A DNA stretch of 64,000 nt from Eledone cirrhosa (GCA_964016885.1 OZ024744.1:22134001-22198000); one strand, 5' to 3'; counted from the first letter of the stretch, positions 1 to 14,369 are shown. Program-made: numbers and translations. Notes: generated by a model from the letters alone, not told the origin.

Positions 1-3000
1 GTCAGTTAGGTTGACATAGATAACGTAGAGTGAGATGTTGTGGTGGTGATCAGTTAGGTTGACATAGATAACATAGGTGGGATGTTGTCGTGGTCAATTA
101 GGTTGACATAGATAACATAGGTGGGATGTTGTCGTGGTCAGTTAGGGTGACATAGATAACATAGGTGGGATGTTGTCGTGGTGGTCAGTTAGGTTGACAT
201 AGATAACATAGTTGGTATGTTGTCGTGGTCAGTTAGGTTCACATATTTAACATAGAGTGAGATGTTGTCGTGGTGGTCAGTTAGGTTGACATAGATAACA
301 TAGGTGGGATGTTGTCGTGGTGGTCAGTTAGGTTGACATAGATAACATAGAGTGAGATGGTGTCGTGGTGGTCAGTTAGGTTGACATAGTTAACATAGGT
401 GAGATGTTGTCGTGGTGGTCAGTTAGGTTGACATAGATAACATAGAGTGAGATGTTGTCGTGGTGGTCAGTTACGTTGACATAGATAATATAGAGTGAGA
501 TGTTGTCGTGATGGTCAGTTAGGTTGACATAGATAACATAGGTGGGATGTTGTCGTGGTCAGTTAGGTTGATATAGATAACATTGGTGGGATGTTGTCGT
601 GGTCAGTTAGGTTGACATAGATAACATAAGTGGGATGTTGTCGTGGTGGTCAGTTAGGTTGACATAGATAACATAGGTGGGATGTTGTCGTGGTCAGTTA
701 GGTTGACATATATAACATAGAGTGAGATGTTGTCGTGGTTGTCAGTTAGGTTGACATAGATAACATAGAGATGTTGTCGTGGTGGTCAGTTAGGTTGACA
801 TAGAAAACATAGGTGGGATGTTGTCGTGGTGGTCAGTTAGGTTGACATAGATAACATAGGAGGGATGTTATCGTGGTGGTCAGTTAGGTTGACATAGATA
901 ACATAGAGTGAGATATTGTCGTGGTGGTCAGTTAGGTTGACATAGATAACATAGGTGGCATGTTGTCGTGGTGGTCAGTTAGGTTTACATAGATAACATA
1001 GAGTGAGATGTTGTCGTGGTGGTCAGTTAGGTTGACATAGATAACATAGGTGGGATGTTGTCGTGGTGGTCAGTTAGGTTGACATAGATAACATAGGTGG
1101 GATGTAGTCGTGGTGGTCAGTTAGGTTGACATAGATAACATAGAGTGAGATGTTGTCATGGTGGTCAGTTAGGTTGACATAGATAACATAGGTGGGATGT
1201 TGTCGTGGTGGTCAGTTAGGTTGACATAGATAACATAGAGTGAGATGTTGTCGTGGTGGTCAGCTAGGTTGACATAGATAACATAGGTGGGATGTTGTCG
1301 TGGTGGTCAGTTAGGTTGACATAGATAACATAGGTAGGATGTTGTCGTGGTCAGTTAGGTTGATATAGATAACATTGGTGGGATGTTGTCGTGGTCAGTT
1401 AGGTTGACATAGCTAACATAGGTGGTATGTTGTCGTGGTGGTCAGTTAGGTTGACATAGATAACATAAGTGGGATGTTGTCGTGGTGGTCAGTTAGGTTG
1501 ACATAGATAACATAGGTGGGATGTTGTCGTGGTCAGTTAGGTTGACATAGCTAACATAGGTGGTATGTTGTCGTGGTGGTCAGTTAGGTTGACATAGATA
1601 ACATAGGTGGGATGTTGTCGTGGTCAGTTAGTTTGACATAGATAACATAGAGTGAGATGTTGTCGTGGTGGTCAGTTAGGTTGACATAGATAACATAGGT
1701 GGGATGTTGTCGGGGTGGTCAGTTAGGTTGACATAGATAACATAGGTGGGATGGTGTCGTGGTGGTCAGTTAGGTTGACATAGTTAACATAGGTGAGATG
1801 TTGTCGTGGTGGTCAGTTAGGTTGACATAGATAACATAGAGTGAGATGTTGTCGTGGTGGTCAGTTAGGTTGACATAGATAATATAGAGTGAGATGTTGT
1901 CGTGATGGTCAGTTAGGTTGACATAGATAACATAGGTGGGATGTTGTCGTGGTCAGTTAGGTTGATATAGATAACATTGGTGGGATGTTGTCGTGGTCAG
2001 TTAGGTTGACATAGCTAACATAGGTGGTATGTTGTCGTGGTGGTCAGTTAGGTTGACATAGATAACATAGGTGGGATGTTGTCGTAGTCAGTTAGGTTGA
2101 CATATATAACATAGAGTGAGATGTTGTCGTGGTTGTCAGTTAGGTTGACATAGATAACATAGAGATGTTGTCGTGGTGGTCAGTTAGGTTGACATAGAAA
2201 ACATAGGTGGGATGTTGTCGTGGTGGTCAGTTAGGTTGACATAGATAACATAGGTGGGATGTTGTCGTGGTTGTCAGTTAGGTTGACATAGATAACATAG
2301 GTGGGATGTTGTCGTGGTGGTCAGTTAGGTTGACATAGATAACATAGGGTGAGATGTTGTCTTGGTGGTCAGTTAGGTTGACATAGATAACATAGGTGGG
2401 ATGTTGTCGTGGTTGTCAGTTAGGTTGACATAGATAACATAGGTGGGATGTTGTCCTGGTGGTCAGTTAGGTTGACATAGATAACATAGGGTGGGATGTT
2501 GTCGTGGTGGTCAGTTAGGTTGACATAGATAACATAGGTGGGATGTTGTCGTGGTGGTCAGTTAGGTTGACATAGATAACATAGGGTGAGATGTTGTCTT
2601 GGTGGTCAGTTAGGTTGACATAGATAACATAGGTGGGATGTTGTCGTGGTCAGTTAGTTTGACATAGATAACATAGAGTGAGATGTTGTCGTGGTGGTCA
2701 GTTAGGTTGACATAGATAACATAGGTGGGATGTTGTCGGGGTGGTCAGTTAGGTTGACATAGATAACATAGGTGGGATGTTGTCGTGGTGGTCAGTTAGG
2801 TTGACATAGATAACATAGAGTGAGATGGTGTCTTCGTGGTCAGTTAGGTTGACATAGATAACATAGGTGGAATGTTGTCGTGGTGGTCAGTTAGGTTGAC
2901 ATAGATAACGTAGAGTGAGATGTTGTGGTGGTGGTCAGTTAGGTTGACATAGATAACATAGGTGGGATGTTGTCGTGGTCAGTTAGGGTGACATAGATAA

Positions 3001-4010
3001 CATAGGTGGGATGTTGTCGTGGTGGTCAGTTAGGTTGACATAGATAACATAGTTGGTATGTTGTCGTGGTCAGTTAGGTTCACATATTTAACATAGAGTG
3101 AGATGTTGTCGTGGTGGTCAGTTAGGTTGACATAGATAACATAGGTGGGATGTTGTCGTGGTGGTCAGTTAGGTTGACATAGATAACATAGAGTGAGATG
3201 TTGTCGTGGTGGTCAGTTACGTTGACATAGATAACATAGGTGGGATGTTGTCGTGGTCAGTTAGGTTGATATAGATAACATTGGTGGGATGTTGTCGTGG
3301 TCAGTTAGGTTGACATAGATAACATAAGTGGGATGTTGTCGTGGTGGTCAGTTAGGTTGACATAGATAACATAGGTGGGATGTTGTCGTGGTCAGTTAGG
3401 TTGACATATATAACATAGAGTGAGATGTTGTCGTGGTTGTCAGTTAGGTTGACATAGATAACATAGAGATGTTGTCGTGGTGGTCAGTTAGGTTGACATA
3501 GAAAACATAGGTGGGATGTTGTCGTGGTGGTCAGTTAGGTTGACATAGATAACATAGGAGGGATGTTATCGTGGTGGTCAGTTAGGTTGACATAGATAAC
3601 ATAGAGTGAGATATTGTCGTGGTGGTCAGTTAGGTTGACATAGATAACATAGGTGGCATGTTGTCGTGGTGGTCAGTTAGGTTTACATAGATAACATAGA
3701 GTGAGATGTTGTCGTGGTGGTCAGTTAGGTTGACATAGATAACATAGGTGGGATGTTGTCGTGGTGGTCAGTTAGGTTGACATAGATAACATAGGTGGGA
3801 TGTAGTCGTGGTGGTCAGTTAGGTTGACATAGATAACATAGAGTGAGATGTTGTCATGGTGGTCAGTTAGGTTGACATAGATAACATAGGTGGGATGTTG
3901 TCGTGGTGGTCAGTTAGGTTGACATAGATAACATAGACTGAGATGTTGTCGTGGTGGTCAGCTAGGTTGACATAGATAACATAGGTGGGATGTTGTCGTG
4001 GTGGTCAGTT
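1..4010. repeat. Imperfect higher-order block repeat (about 1-1310 re-occurring at about 2886-4010)
   Basis: Rare variants recur in the same order: taacgtagag…gttgtggtggtg (offset 2885), gttcacatatttaac (240/3081), ggagggatgttatc (861/3559), cagctagg (1261/3959). The offset shrinks from 2885 to 2698 through loss of whole monomers. Confidence 0.8.
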
Positions 4011-7000
4011 AGGTTGACATAGATAACATAGGTGGGATGTAGTCGTGGTGGTCAGTTAGGTTGACATAGATAACATAGAGTCAGATGTTGACGTGGTGGT
4101 CAGTTAGGTTGACATAGATAACATAGGTGGGATGTTGTCGTGGTCAGTTAGGTTGATATAGATAACATTGGTGGGATGTTGTCGTGGTCAGTTAGGTTGA
4201 CATAGCTAACATAGGTGGTATGTTGTCGTGGTGGTCAGTTAGGTTGACATAGATAACATAGAGTGAGATGTTGTCTTGGTGGTCAGTTAGGTTGACATAG
4301 ATAACATAGGTGGGATGTTGTCGTGGTCAGTTAGTTTGACATAGATAACATAGAGTGAGATGTTGTCGTGGTGGTCAGTTAGGTTGACATAGATAACATA
4401 GGTGGGATGTTGTCGGGGTGGTCAGTTAGGTTGACATAGATAACATAGGTGGGATGGTGTCGTGGTGGTCAGTTAGGTTGACATAGTTAACATAGGTGAG
4501 ATGTTGTCGTGGTGGTCAGTTAGGTTGACATAGATAACATAGAGTGAGATGTTGTCGTGGTGGTCAGTTAGGTTGACATAGATAATATAGAGTGAGATGT
4601 TGTCGTGATGGTCAGTTAGGTTGACATAGATAACATAGGTGGGATGTTGTCGTGGTCAGTTAGGTTGATATAGATAACATTGGTGGGATGTTGTCGTGGT
4701 CAGTTAGGTTGACATAGCTAACATAGGTGGTATGTTGTCGTGGTGGTCAGTTAGGTTGACATAGATAACATAGGTGGGACGTTGTCGTAGTCAGTTAGGT
4801 TGACATATATAACATAGAGTGAGATGTTGTCGTGGTGGTCAGTTAGGTTGACATAGATAACATAGGTGGGATGTTGTCGTGGTGGTCAGTTAGGTTGACA
4901 TAGATAACATAGGTGGGATGTTATCGTGGTGGTCAGTTAGGTTGACATAGATAACATAGGTGGGATGTAGTCGTGGTGGTCAGTTAGGTTGACATAGATA
5001 ACATAGGTGGGATGTAGTCGTGGTGGTCAGTTAGGTTTACATAGATAATATAGAGTGAGATGTTGTCGTGGTTGTCAGTTAGGTTGACATAGATAACATA
5101 GAGATGTTGTCGTGGTGGTCAGTTAGGTTGACATAGAAAACATAGGTGGGATGTTGTCGTGGTGGTCAGTTAGGTTGACATAGATAACATAGGTGGGATG
5201 TTATCGTGGTGGTCAGTTAGGTTGACATAGATAACATAGGTGGGATGTAGTCGTGGTGGTCAGTTACGTTGACATAGATAACATAGAGTGAGATGTTGTC
5301 ATGGTGGTCAGTTAGGTTGACAGATAACATAGGTGGGATGTTGTCATGGTGGTCAGTTAGGTTGACATAGATAACATAGAGTGAGATGTTGTCGTGGTGG
5401 TCAGTTAGGTTGACATAGATAACATAGGTGGGATGTTGTCGTGGTGGTCAGTTAGGTTGACATAGATAACATAGAGTGAGATATTGTCGTGGTGGTCAGT
5501 TAGGTTGACATAGATAACATAGGTGGCATGTTGTCGTGGTGGTCAGTTAGGTTTACATAGATAACATAGAGTGAGATGTTGTCGTGGTGGTCAGTTAGGT
5601 TGACATAGATAACATAGGTGGGATGTTGTCGTGGTGGTCAGTTAGGTTGACATAGATAACATAGGTGGGATGTAGTCGTGGTGGTCAGTTAGGTTGACAT
5701 AGATAACATAGAGTGAGATGTTGTCATGGTGGTCAGTTAGGTTGACATAGATAACATAGGTGGGATATTGTCGTGGTGGTCAGTTAGGTTGACATAGATA
5801 ACATAGAGTGAGATGTTGTCGTGGTGGTCAGTTAGGTTGACATAGATAACATAGGTGGGATGTTGTCGTGGTGGTCAGTTAGGTTGACATAGATAACATA
5901 GGTGGGATGTAGTCGTGGTGGTCAGTTAGGTTGACATAGATAACATAGAGTCAGATGTTGTCGTGGTGGTCAGTTAGGTTGACATAGATAACATAGAGTG
6001 AGATGTTGTCGTGGTGGTCAGTTAGGTTGACATAGATAACATAGGTGGGATGTTGTCGTGGTGGTCAGTTAGGTTGACATAGATAACATAGAGTGGGATG
6101 TTGTCGTGGTGGTCAGTTAGGTTGACATAGATAACATAGGTGGGATGTTGTCGTGGTGGTCAGTTAGGTTGACATAGATAACATAGAGTGAGATGGTGTC
6201 TTGGTGGTCAGTTAGGTTGACATAGATAGCATAGGTGGGATGTTGTCGTGGTCAGTTAGTTTGACATAGATAACAGAGAGTGAGATGTTGTCGTGGTGGT
6301 CAGTTAGGTTGACATAGATAACATAGGTGGGATGTTGTCGGGGTGGTCAGTTAGGTTGACATAGATAACATAGGTGGGATGGTGTCGTGGTGGTCAGTTA
6401 GGTTGACATAGTTAACATAGGTGAGATGTTGTCGTGGTGGTCAGTTAGGTTGACATAGATGACATAGAGTGAGATGTTGTCGTGGTGGTCAGTTAGGTTG
6501 ACATAGATAACATAGGTGGCATGTTGTCGTGGTGGTCAGTTAGGTTGACATAGATAATATAGGTGGGATGTTGTCGTGGTCAGTTAGGTTGATATAGATA
6601 ACAATGGTGGGATGTTGTCGTGGTCAGTTAGGTTGACATAGCTAACATAGGTGGTATGTTGTCGTATTCAGTTAGGTTGACATATATAACATAGAGTGAG
6701 ATGTTGTCGTGGTTGTCAGTTAGGTTGACATAGATAACATAGAGATGTTGTCGTGGTGGTCAGTTACGTTGACATAGAAAACATAGGTGGGATGTTGTCG
6801 TGGTGGTCAGTTAGGTTGACATAGATAACATAGGTGGGATGTTATCGTGGTGGTCAGTTAGGTTGACATAGATAACATAGGTGGGATGTAGTCGTGGTGG
6901 TCAGTTAGGTTGACATAGATAACATAGAGTGAGATGTTGTCATGGTGGTCAGTTAGGTTGACAGATAACATAGGTGGGATGTTGTCATGGTGGTCAGTTA

Positions 7001-7744
7001 GGTTGACATAGATAACATAGAGTGAGATGTTGTCGTGGTGGTCAGTTAGGTTGACATAGATAACATAGGTGGGATGTTGTCCTGGTGGTCAGTTAGGTTG
7101 ACATAGATAACATAGGTGGGATGTTGTCGTGGTGGTCAGTTAGGTTGACATAGATAACATAGAGTCAGATGTTGTCGTGGTGGTCAGTTAGGTTGACATA
7201 GATAACATAGAGTGAGATGTTGTCGTGGTGGTCAGTTAGGCTGACATAGATAACATAGGTGGGATGTTGTCGTGGTGGTCAGTTAGGTTGACATAGATAA
7301 CATAGAGTGGGATGTTGTCGTGGTGGTCAGTTAGGTTGACATAGATAACATAGGTGGGATGTTGTCGTGGTGGTCGGTTAGGTTGACATAGATAACATAG
7401 AGTGAGATGTTGTCTTGGTGGTCAGTTAGGTTGACACAGATAACATAGGTGGGATGTTGTCGTGGTCAGTTAGTTTGACATAGATAACATAGGTGGGATG
7501 TTGTCGTGGTCAGTTAGGGTGACATAGATAACATAGGTGGGATGTTGTCGTGGTGGTCAGTTAGGTTGACATAGATAACATAGGTGGTATGTTGTCGTGG
7601 TCAGTTAGGTTGACATAGATAACATAGAGTGAGATGTTGTCATGGTGGTCAGTTAGGTTGACATAGATAACATAGGTGGGATGTTGTCGTGGTGGTCAGT
7701 TAGGTTGACATAGATAACATAGAGTGAGATGTTGTCGTGGTGGT

Positions 7745-10700
7745 CAGTTAGGTTGACATAGATAACATAGGTGGGATGTAGTCGTGGTGGTCAGTTAGGT
7801 TGACATAGATAACATAGAGTCAGATGTTGTCGTGGTGGTCAGTTAGGTTGACATAGATAACATAGAGTGAGATGTTGTCGTGGTGGTCAGTTAGGTTGAC
7901 ATAGATAACATAGGTGGGATGTTGTCGTGGTGGTCAGTTAGGTTGACATATATAACATAGGTGGATATTGTCGTGGTCAGTTAGGTTGACATATATAACA
8001 TAGAGTGAGATGTTGTCGTGGTCGTCAGTTAGGTTGACATAGATAACATAGATTGAGATGTTGTCGTGGTGGTCAGTTAGGTTGACATAGATAACATAGG
8101 CGGGATGTTGTCGTGGTGGTCAGTTAGGTTGACATAGATAACATAGGTGGGATGTTGTCGTGGTGGTCAGTTAGGTTGACATAGATAACATAGAGTCAGA
8201 TGTTGTCGTGGTGGTCAGTTAGGTTGACATAGATAACATAGAGTGAGATGTTGTCGTGGTGGTCAGTTAGGTTGACATAGATAACATAGGTGGGATGTTG
8301 TCGTGGTGGTCAGTTAGGTTGACATAGATAATATAGAGTGAGATGTTGTCGTGATGGTCAGTTAGGTTGACATAGATAACATAGGTGGGATGTTGTCGTG
8401 GTCAGTTAGGTTGATATAGATAACATTGGTGGGATGTTGTCGTGGTCAGTTAGGTTGACATAGCTAACATAGGTGGTATGTTGTCGTGGTGGTCAGTTAG
8501 GTTGACATAGATAACATAGGTGGGATGTTGTCGTAGTCAGTTAGGTTGACATATATAACATAGAGTGAGATGTTGTCGTGGTTGTCAGTTAGGTTGACAT
8601 AGATAACAGAGATGTTGTCGTGGTGGTCAGTTAGGTTGACATAGAAAACATAGGTGGGATGTTGTCGTGGTGGTCAGTTAGGTTGACATAGATAACATAG
8701 GTGGGATGTTATCGTGGTGGTCAGTTAGGTTGACATAGATAACATAGGTGGGATGTAGTCGTGGTGGTCAGTTAGGTTGACATAGATAACATAGAGTGAG
8801 ATGTTGTCATGGTGGTCAGTTAGGTTGACAGATAACATAGGTGGGATGTTGTCATGGGGGTCAGTTAGGTTGACATAGATAACATAGAGTGAGATGTTGT
8901 CGTGGTGGTCAGTTAGGTTGACATAGATAACATAGGTGGGATGTTGTCGTGGTGGTCAGTTAGGTTGACATAGATAACATAGGTGGGATGTTGTCGTGGT
9001 GGTCAGTTAGGTTGACATAGATAACATAGAGTCAGATGTTGTCGTGGTGGTCAGTTAGGTTGACATAGATAACATAGAGTGAGATGTTGTCGTGGTGGTC
9101 AGTTAGGCTGACATAGATAACATAGGTGGGATGTTGTCGTGGTGGTCAGTTAGGTTGACATAGATAACATAGAGTGGGATGTTGTCGTGGTGGTCAGTTA
9201 GGTTGACATAGATAACATAGGTGGGATGTTGTCGTGGTGGTCAGTTAGATTGATATAGATAACATAGAGTGAGATGTTGTCTTGGTGGTCAGTTAGGTTG
9301 ACACAGATAACATAGGTGGGATGTTGTCGTGGTCAGTTAGTTTGACATAGATAACATAGAGTGAGATGTTGTCGTGGTGGTCAGTTAGGTTGACATAGAT
9401 AACATAGGTGGGATGTTGTCGGGGTGGTCAGTTAGGTTGACATAGATAACATAAGTGGGATGCTGTCGTGGTGGTCAGTTAGGTTGACATAGATAACATA
9501 GAGTGAGATGGTGTCGTGGTGGTCAGTTAGGTTGACATAGATAACATAGGTGAGATGTTGTCGTGGTGGTCAGTTAGGTTGACATAGATAATATAGAGTG
9601 AGATGTTGTCGTGGTGGTCAGTTAGGTTGACATAGATAACATAGGTGGGATGTTGTCGTGGTCAGTTAGGTTGACATAGATAACACAGGTGGGATGTTGT
9701 CGTGGTCAGTTAGGGTGACCTAGATAACATAGGTGGGATGTTGTCGTGGTGGTCAGTTAGGTTGACATAGATAACATAGGTGGTATGTTGTCGTGGTCAG
9801 TTAGGTTGACATAGATAACATAGAGTGAGATGTTGTCATGGTGGTCAGTTAGGTTGACATAGATAACATAGGTGGGATGTTGTCGTGGTGGTCAGTTAGG
9901 TTGACATAGATAACATAGAGTGAGATGTTGTCGTGGTGGTCAGTTAGGTTGACATAGATAACATAGGTGGGATGTAGTCGTGGTGGTCAGTTAGGTTGAC
10001 ATAGATAACATAGAGTCAGATGTTGTCGTGGTGGTCAGTTAGGTTGACATAGATAACATAGAGTCAGATGTTGTCGTGGTGGTCAGTTAGGTTGACATAG
10101 ATACCATAGGTGGGATGTTGTCGTGGTGGTCAGTTAGGTTGACATAGATAACATAGGTGGGATGTTGTCGGGGTGGTCAGTTAGGTTGACATAGATAACA
10201 TAGGTGGGATGGTGTCGTGGTGGTCAGTTAGGTTGACATAGTTAACATAGGTGAGATGTTGTCGTGGTGGTCAGTTAGGTTGACATAGATAACATAGAGT
10301 GAGATGTTGTCGTGGTGGTCAGTTAGGTTGACATAGATAATATAGAGTGAGATGTTGTCGTGATGGTCAGTTAGGTTGACATAGATAACATAGGTGGGAT
10401 GTTGTCGTGGTCAGTTAGGTTGATATAGATAACATTGGTGGGATGTTGTCGTGGTCAGTTAGGTTGACATAGATAACATAGGTGGGATGTAGTCGTGGTG
10501 GTCAGTTAGGTTGACATAGATAACATAGAGTCAGATGTTGTCGTGGTGGTCAGTTAGGTTGACATAGATAACATAGAGTGAGATGTTGTCGTGGTGGTCA
10601 GTTAGGTTGACATAGATAACATAGGTGGGATGTTGTCGTGGTAGTCAGTTAGGTTGACATAGATAACATAGGTGGATATTGTCGTGGTCAGTTAGGTTGA

Positions 10701-13170
10701 CATATATAACATAGAGTGAGATGTTGTCGTGGTCGTCAGTTAGGTTGACATAGATAACATAGATTGAGATGTTGTCGTGGTGGTCAGTTAGGTTGACATA
10801 GATAACATAGGCGGGATGTTGTCGTGGTGGTCAGTTAGGTTGACATAGATAACATAGGTGGGATGTTGTCGTGGTGGTCAGTTAGGTTGACATAGATAAC
10901 ATAGAGTCAGATGTTGTCGTGGTGGTCAGTTAGGTTGACATAGATAACATAGAGTGAGATGTTGTCGTGGTGGTCAGTTAGGTTGACATAGATAACATAG
11001 GTGGGATGTTGTCGTGGTGGTCAGTTAGGTTGACATAGATAATATAGAGTGAGATGTTGTCGTGATGGTCAGTTAGGTTGACATAGATAACATAGGTGGG
11101 ATGTTGTCGTGGTCAGTTAGGTTGATATAGATAACATTGGTGGGATGTTGTCGTGGTCAGTTAGGTTGACATAGCTAACATAGGTGGTATGTTGTCGTGG
11201 TGGTCAGTTAGGTTGACATAGATAACATAGGTGGCATATTGTCGTAGTCAGTTAGGTTGACATATATAACATAGAGTGAGATGTTGTCGTGGTTGTCAGT
11301 TAGGTTGACATAGATAACAGAGATGTTGTCGTGGTGGTCAGTTAGGTTGACATAGAAAACATAGGTGGGATGTTGTCGTGGTGGTCAGTTAGGTTGACAT
11401 AGATAACATAGGTGGGATGTTATCGTGGTGGTCAGTTAGGTTGACATAGATAACATAGGTGGGATGTAGTCGTGGTGGTCAGTTAGGTTGACATAGATAA
11501 CATAGAGTGAGATGTTGTCATGGTGGTCAGTTAGGTTGACAGATAACATAGGTGGGATGTTGTCATGGGGGTCAGTTAGGTTGACATAGATAACATAGAG
11601 TGAGATGTTGTCGTGGTGGTCAGTTAGGTTGACATAGATAACATAGGTGGGATGTTGTCGTGGTGGTCAGTTAGGTTGACATAGATAACATAGGTGGGAT
11701 GTTGTCGTGGTGGTCAGTTAGGTTGACATAGATAACATAGAGTCAGATGTTGTCGTGGTGGTCAGTTAGGTTGACATAGATAACATAGAGTGAGATGTTG
11801 TCGTGGTGGTCAGTTAGGCTGACATAGATAACATAGGTGGGATGTTGTCGTGGTGGTCAGTTAGGTTGACATAGATAACATAGAGTGGGATGTTGTCGTG
11901 GTGGTCAGTTAGGTTGACATAGATAACATAGGTGGGATGTTGTCGTGGTGGTCAGTTAGGTTGATATAGATAACATAGAGTGAGATGTTGTCTTGGTGGT
12001 CAGTTAGGTTGACACAGATAACATAGGTGGGATGTTGTCGTGGTCAGTTAGTTTGACATAGATAACATAGAGTGAGATGTTGTCGTGGTGGTCAGTTAGG
12101 TTGACATAGATAACATAGGTGGGATGTTGTCGGGGTGGTCAGTTAGGTTGACATAGATAACATAAGTGGGATGCTGTCGTGGTGGTCAGTTAGGTTGACA
12201 TAGATAACATAGAGTGAGATGGTGTCGTGGTGGTCAGTTAGGTTGACATAGATAACATAGGTGAGATGTTGTCGTGGTGGTCAGTTAGGTTGACATAGAT
12301 AATATAGAGTGAGATGTTGTCGTGGTGGTCAGTTAGGTTGACATAGATAACATAGGTGGGATGTTGTCGTGGTCAGTTAGGTTGACATAGATAACACAGG
12401 TGGGATGTTGTCGTGGTCAGTTAGGGTGACCTAGATAACATAGGTGGGATGTTGTCGTGGTGGTCAGTTAGGTTGACATAGATAACATAGGTGGTATGTT
12501 ATCGTGGTCAGTTAGGTTGACATAGATAACATAGAGTGAGATGTTGTCATGGTGGTCAGTTAGGTTGACATAGATAACATAGGTGGGATGTTGTCGTGGT
12601 GGTCAGTTAGGTTGACATAGATAACATAGAGTGAGATGTTGTCGTGGTGGTCAGTTAGGTTGACATAGATAACATAGGTGGGATGTAGTCGTGGTGGTCA
12701 GTTAGGTTGACATAGATAACATAGAGTCAGATGTTGTCGTGGTGGTCAGTTAGGTTGACATAGATAACATAGAGTCAGATGTTGTCGTGGTGGTCAGTTA
12801 GGTTGACATAGATACCATAGGTGGGATGTTGTCGTGATGGTCAGTTAGGTTGACATAGATAACATAGGTGGGATGTTGTCGGGGTGGTCAGTTAGGTTGA
12901 CATAGATAACATAGGTGGGATGGTGTCGTGGTGGTCAGTTAGGTTGACATAGTTAACATAGGTGAGATGTTGTCGTGGTGGTCAGTTAGGTTGACATAGA
13001 TAACATAGAGTGAGATGTTGTCGTGGTGGTCAGTTAGGTTGACATAGATAATATAGAGTGAGATGTTGTCGTGATGGTCAGTTAGGTTGACATAGATAAC
13101 ATAGGTGGGATGTTGTCGTGGTCAGTTAGGTTGATATAGATAACATTGGTGGAATGTTGTCGTGGTCAGT
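7745..13170. repeat. Near-perfect tandem duplication of a 2,711-bp block (~58 monomers)
   Basis: Constant 2,711 offset for gtggatattg (7961/10672), gattgagatg (8051/10762), tagggtgacc (9711/12422), ataccatag (10101/12812). Confidence 0.9.
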
Positions 13171-14369
13171 TAGGTTGACATAGATAACATAGGTGGGATG
13201 TTGTCGTGGTGGTCAGTTAGGTTGACATAGATAACATAGGTGGATATTGTCGTGGTCAGTTAGGTTGACATATATAACATAGAGTGAGATGTTGTCGTGG
13301 TCGTCAGTTAGGTTGACATAGATAACATAGAGTGAGATGTTGTCGTGGTGGTCAGTTAGGTTGACATAGATAACATAGGTGGGATGTTGTCGGGGTGGTC
13401 AGTTAGGTTGACATAGATAACATAGGTGGGATGTTGTCGTGGTGGTCAGTTAGGTTGACATAGATAACATAGTCAGATGTTGTCGTGGTGGTCAGTTAGG
13501 TTGACATAGATAACATAGAGTGAGATGTTGTCGTGGTGGTCAGTTAGGTTGACATAGATAACATAGGTGGGATGTTGTCGTGGTGGTCAGTTAGGTTGAC
13601 ATAGATAACATAGAGTGGGATGTTGTCGTGGTGGTCAGTTAGGTTGACATAGATAACATAGGTGGGATGTTGTCGTGGTGGTCAGTTAGGTTGACATAGA
13701 TAACATAGAGTGAGATGTTGTCTTGGTGGTCAGTTAGGTTGACATATATAACATAGGTGGGATATTGTCGTGGTCAGTTAGTTTGACATAGATAACATAG
13801 AGTGAGATGTTGTCGTGGTGGTCAGTTAGGTTGACATAGATAACATAGGTGGGATGTTGTCGGGGTGGTCAGTTAGGTTGACATAGATAACATAGAGTGA
13901 GATGGTGTCGTGGTGTTCAGTTAGGTTGACATAGATAACATAGGTGAGATGTTGTCGTGGTGGTCAGTTAGGTTGACATAGATAATATAGAGTGAGATGT
14001 TGTCGTGGTGGTCAGTTAGGTTCACATAGATAACATAGGTGGGATGTTGTCGTGGTCAGTTAGGTTGACATAGATAACATAGGTGGGATGTTGTCGTGGT
14101 CAGTTAGGGTGACATAGATAACATAGGTGGGATGTTGTCGTGGTCGTCAGTTAGGTTGACATAGATAACATAGGTGGGATGTTGTCGTGGTGGTCAGTTA
14201 GGTTGACATAGATAACAGAGTGAGATGGTGACGTGGTGGTCAGTTAGGTTGACATAGTTAACATAGGTGAGATGTTGTCGTGGTGGTCAGTTAGGTTGAT
14301 ATCGATAACATAGAGTGAGATGTTGTCGTAGTGGTCAGTTAGGTTGACATAGATAACATAGGTGGGATG

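Noticed and set aside
11-16. TTGACA, a perfect sigma70 -35 box in each monomer
   Set aside because: There is no TATAAT-like -10 element about 17 bp downstream (the sequence there is atgttg), and the context is satellite DNA.
10-24. RFX X-box-like palindrome gttgacatagataac
   Set aside because: Only the outer gtt/aac are symmetric, and the spacing and core deviate from the GTTRCCATRGYAAC consensus.
427-474. Repetitive protein on the minus strand: the 48-bp monomer has one stop-free frame (HHDNISLYVIYVNLTD)
   Set aside because: The abundant 47/44-bp monomers shift the frame into TAA, and the agtcag variant adds an in-frame TGA. Runs of B monomers are only a few units long. The + strand has stops in all three frames in every monomer.
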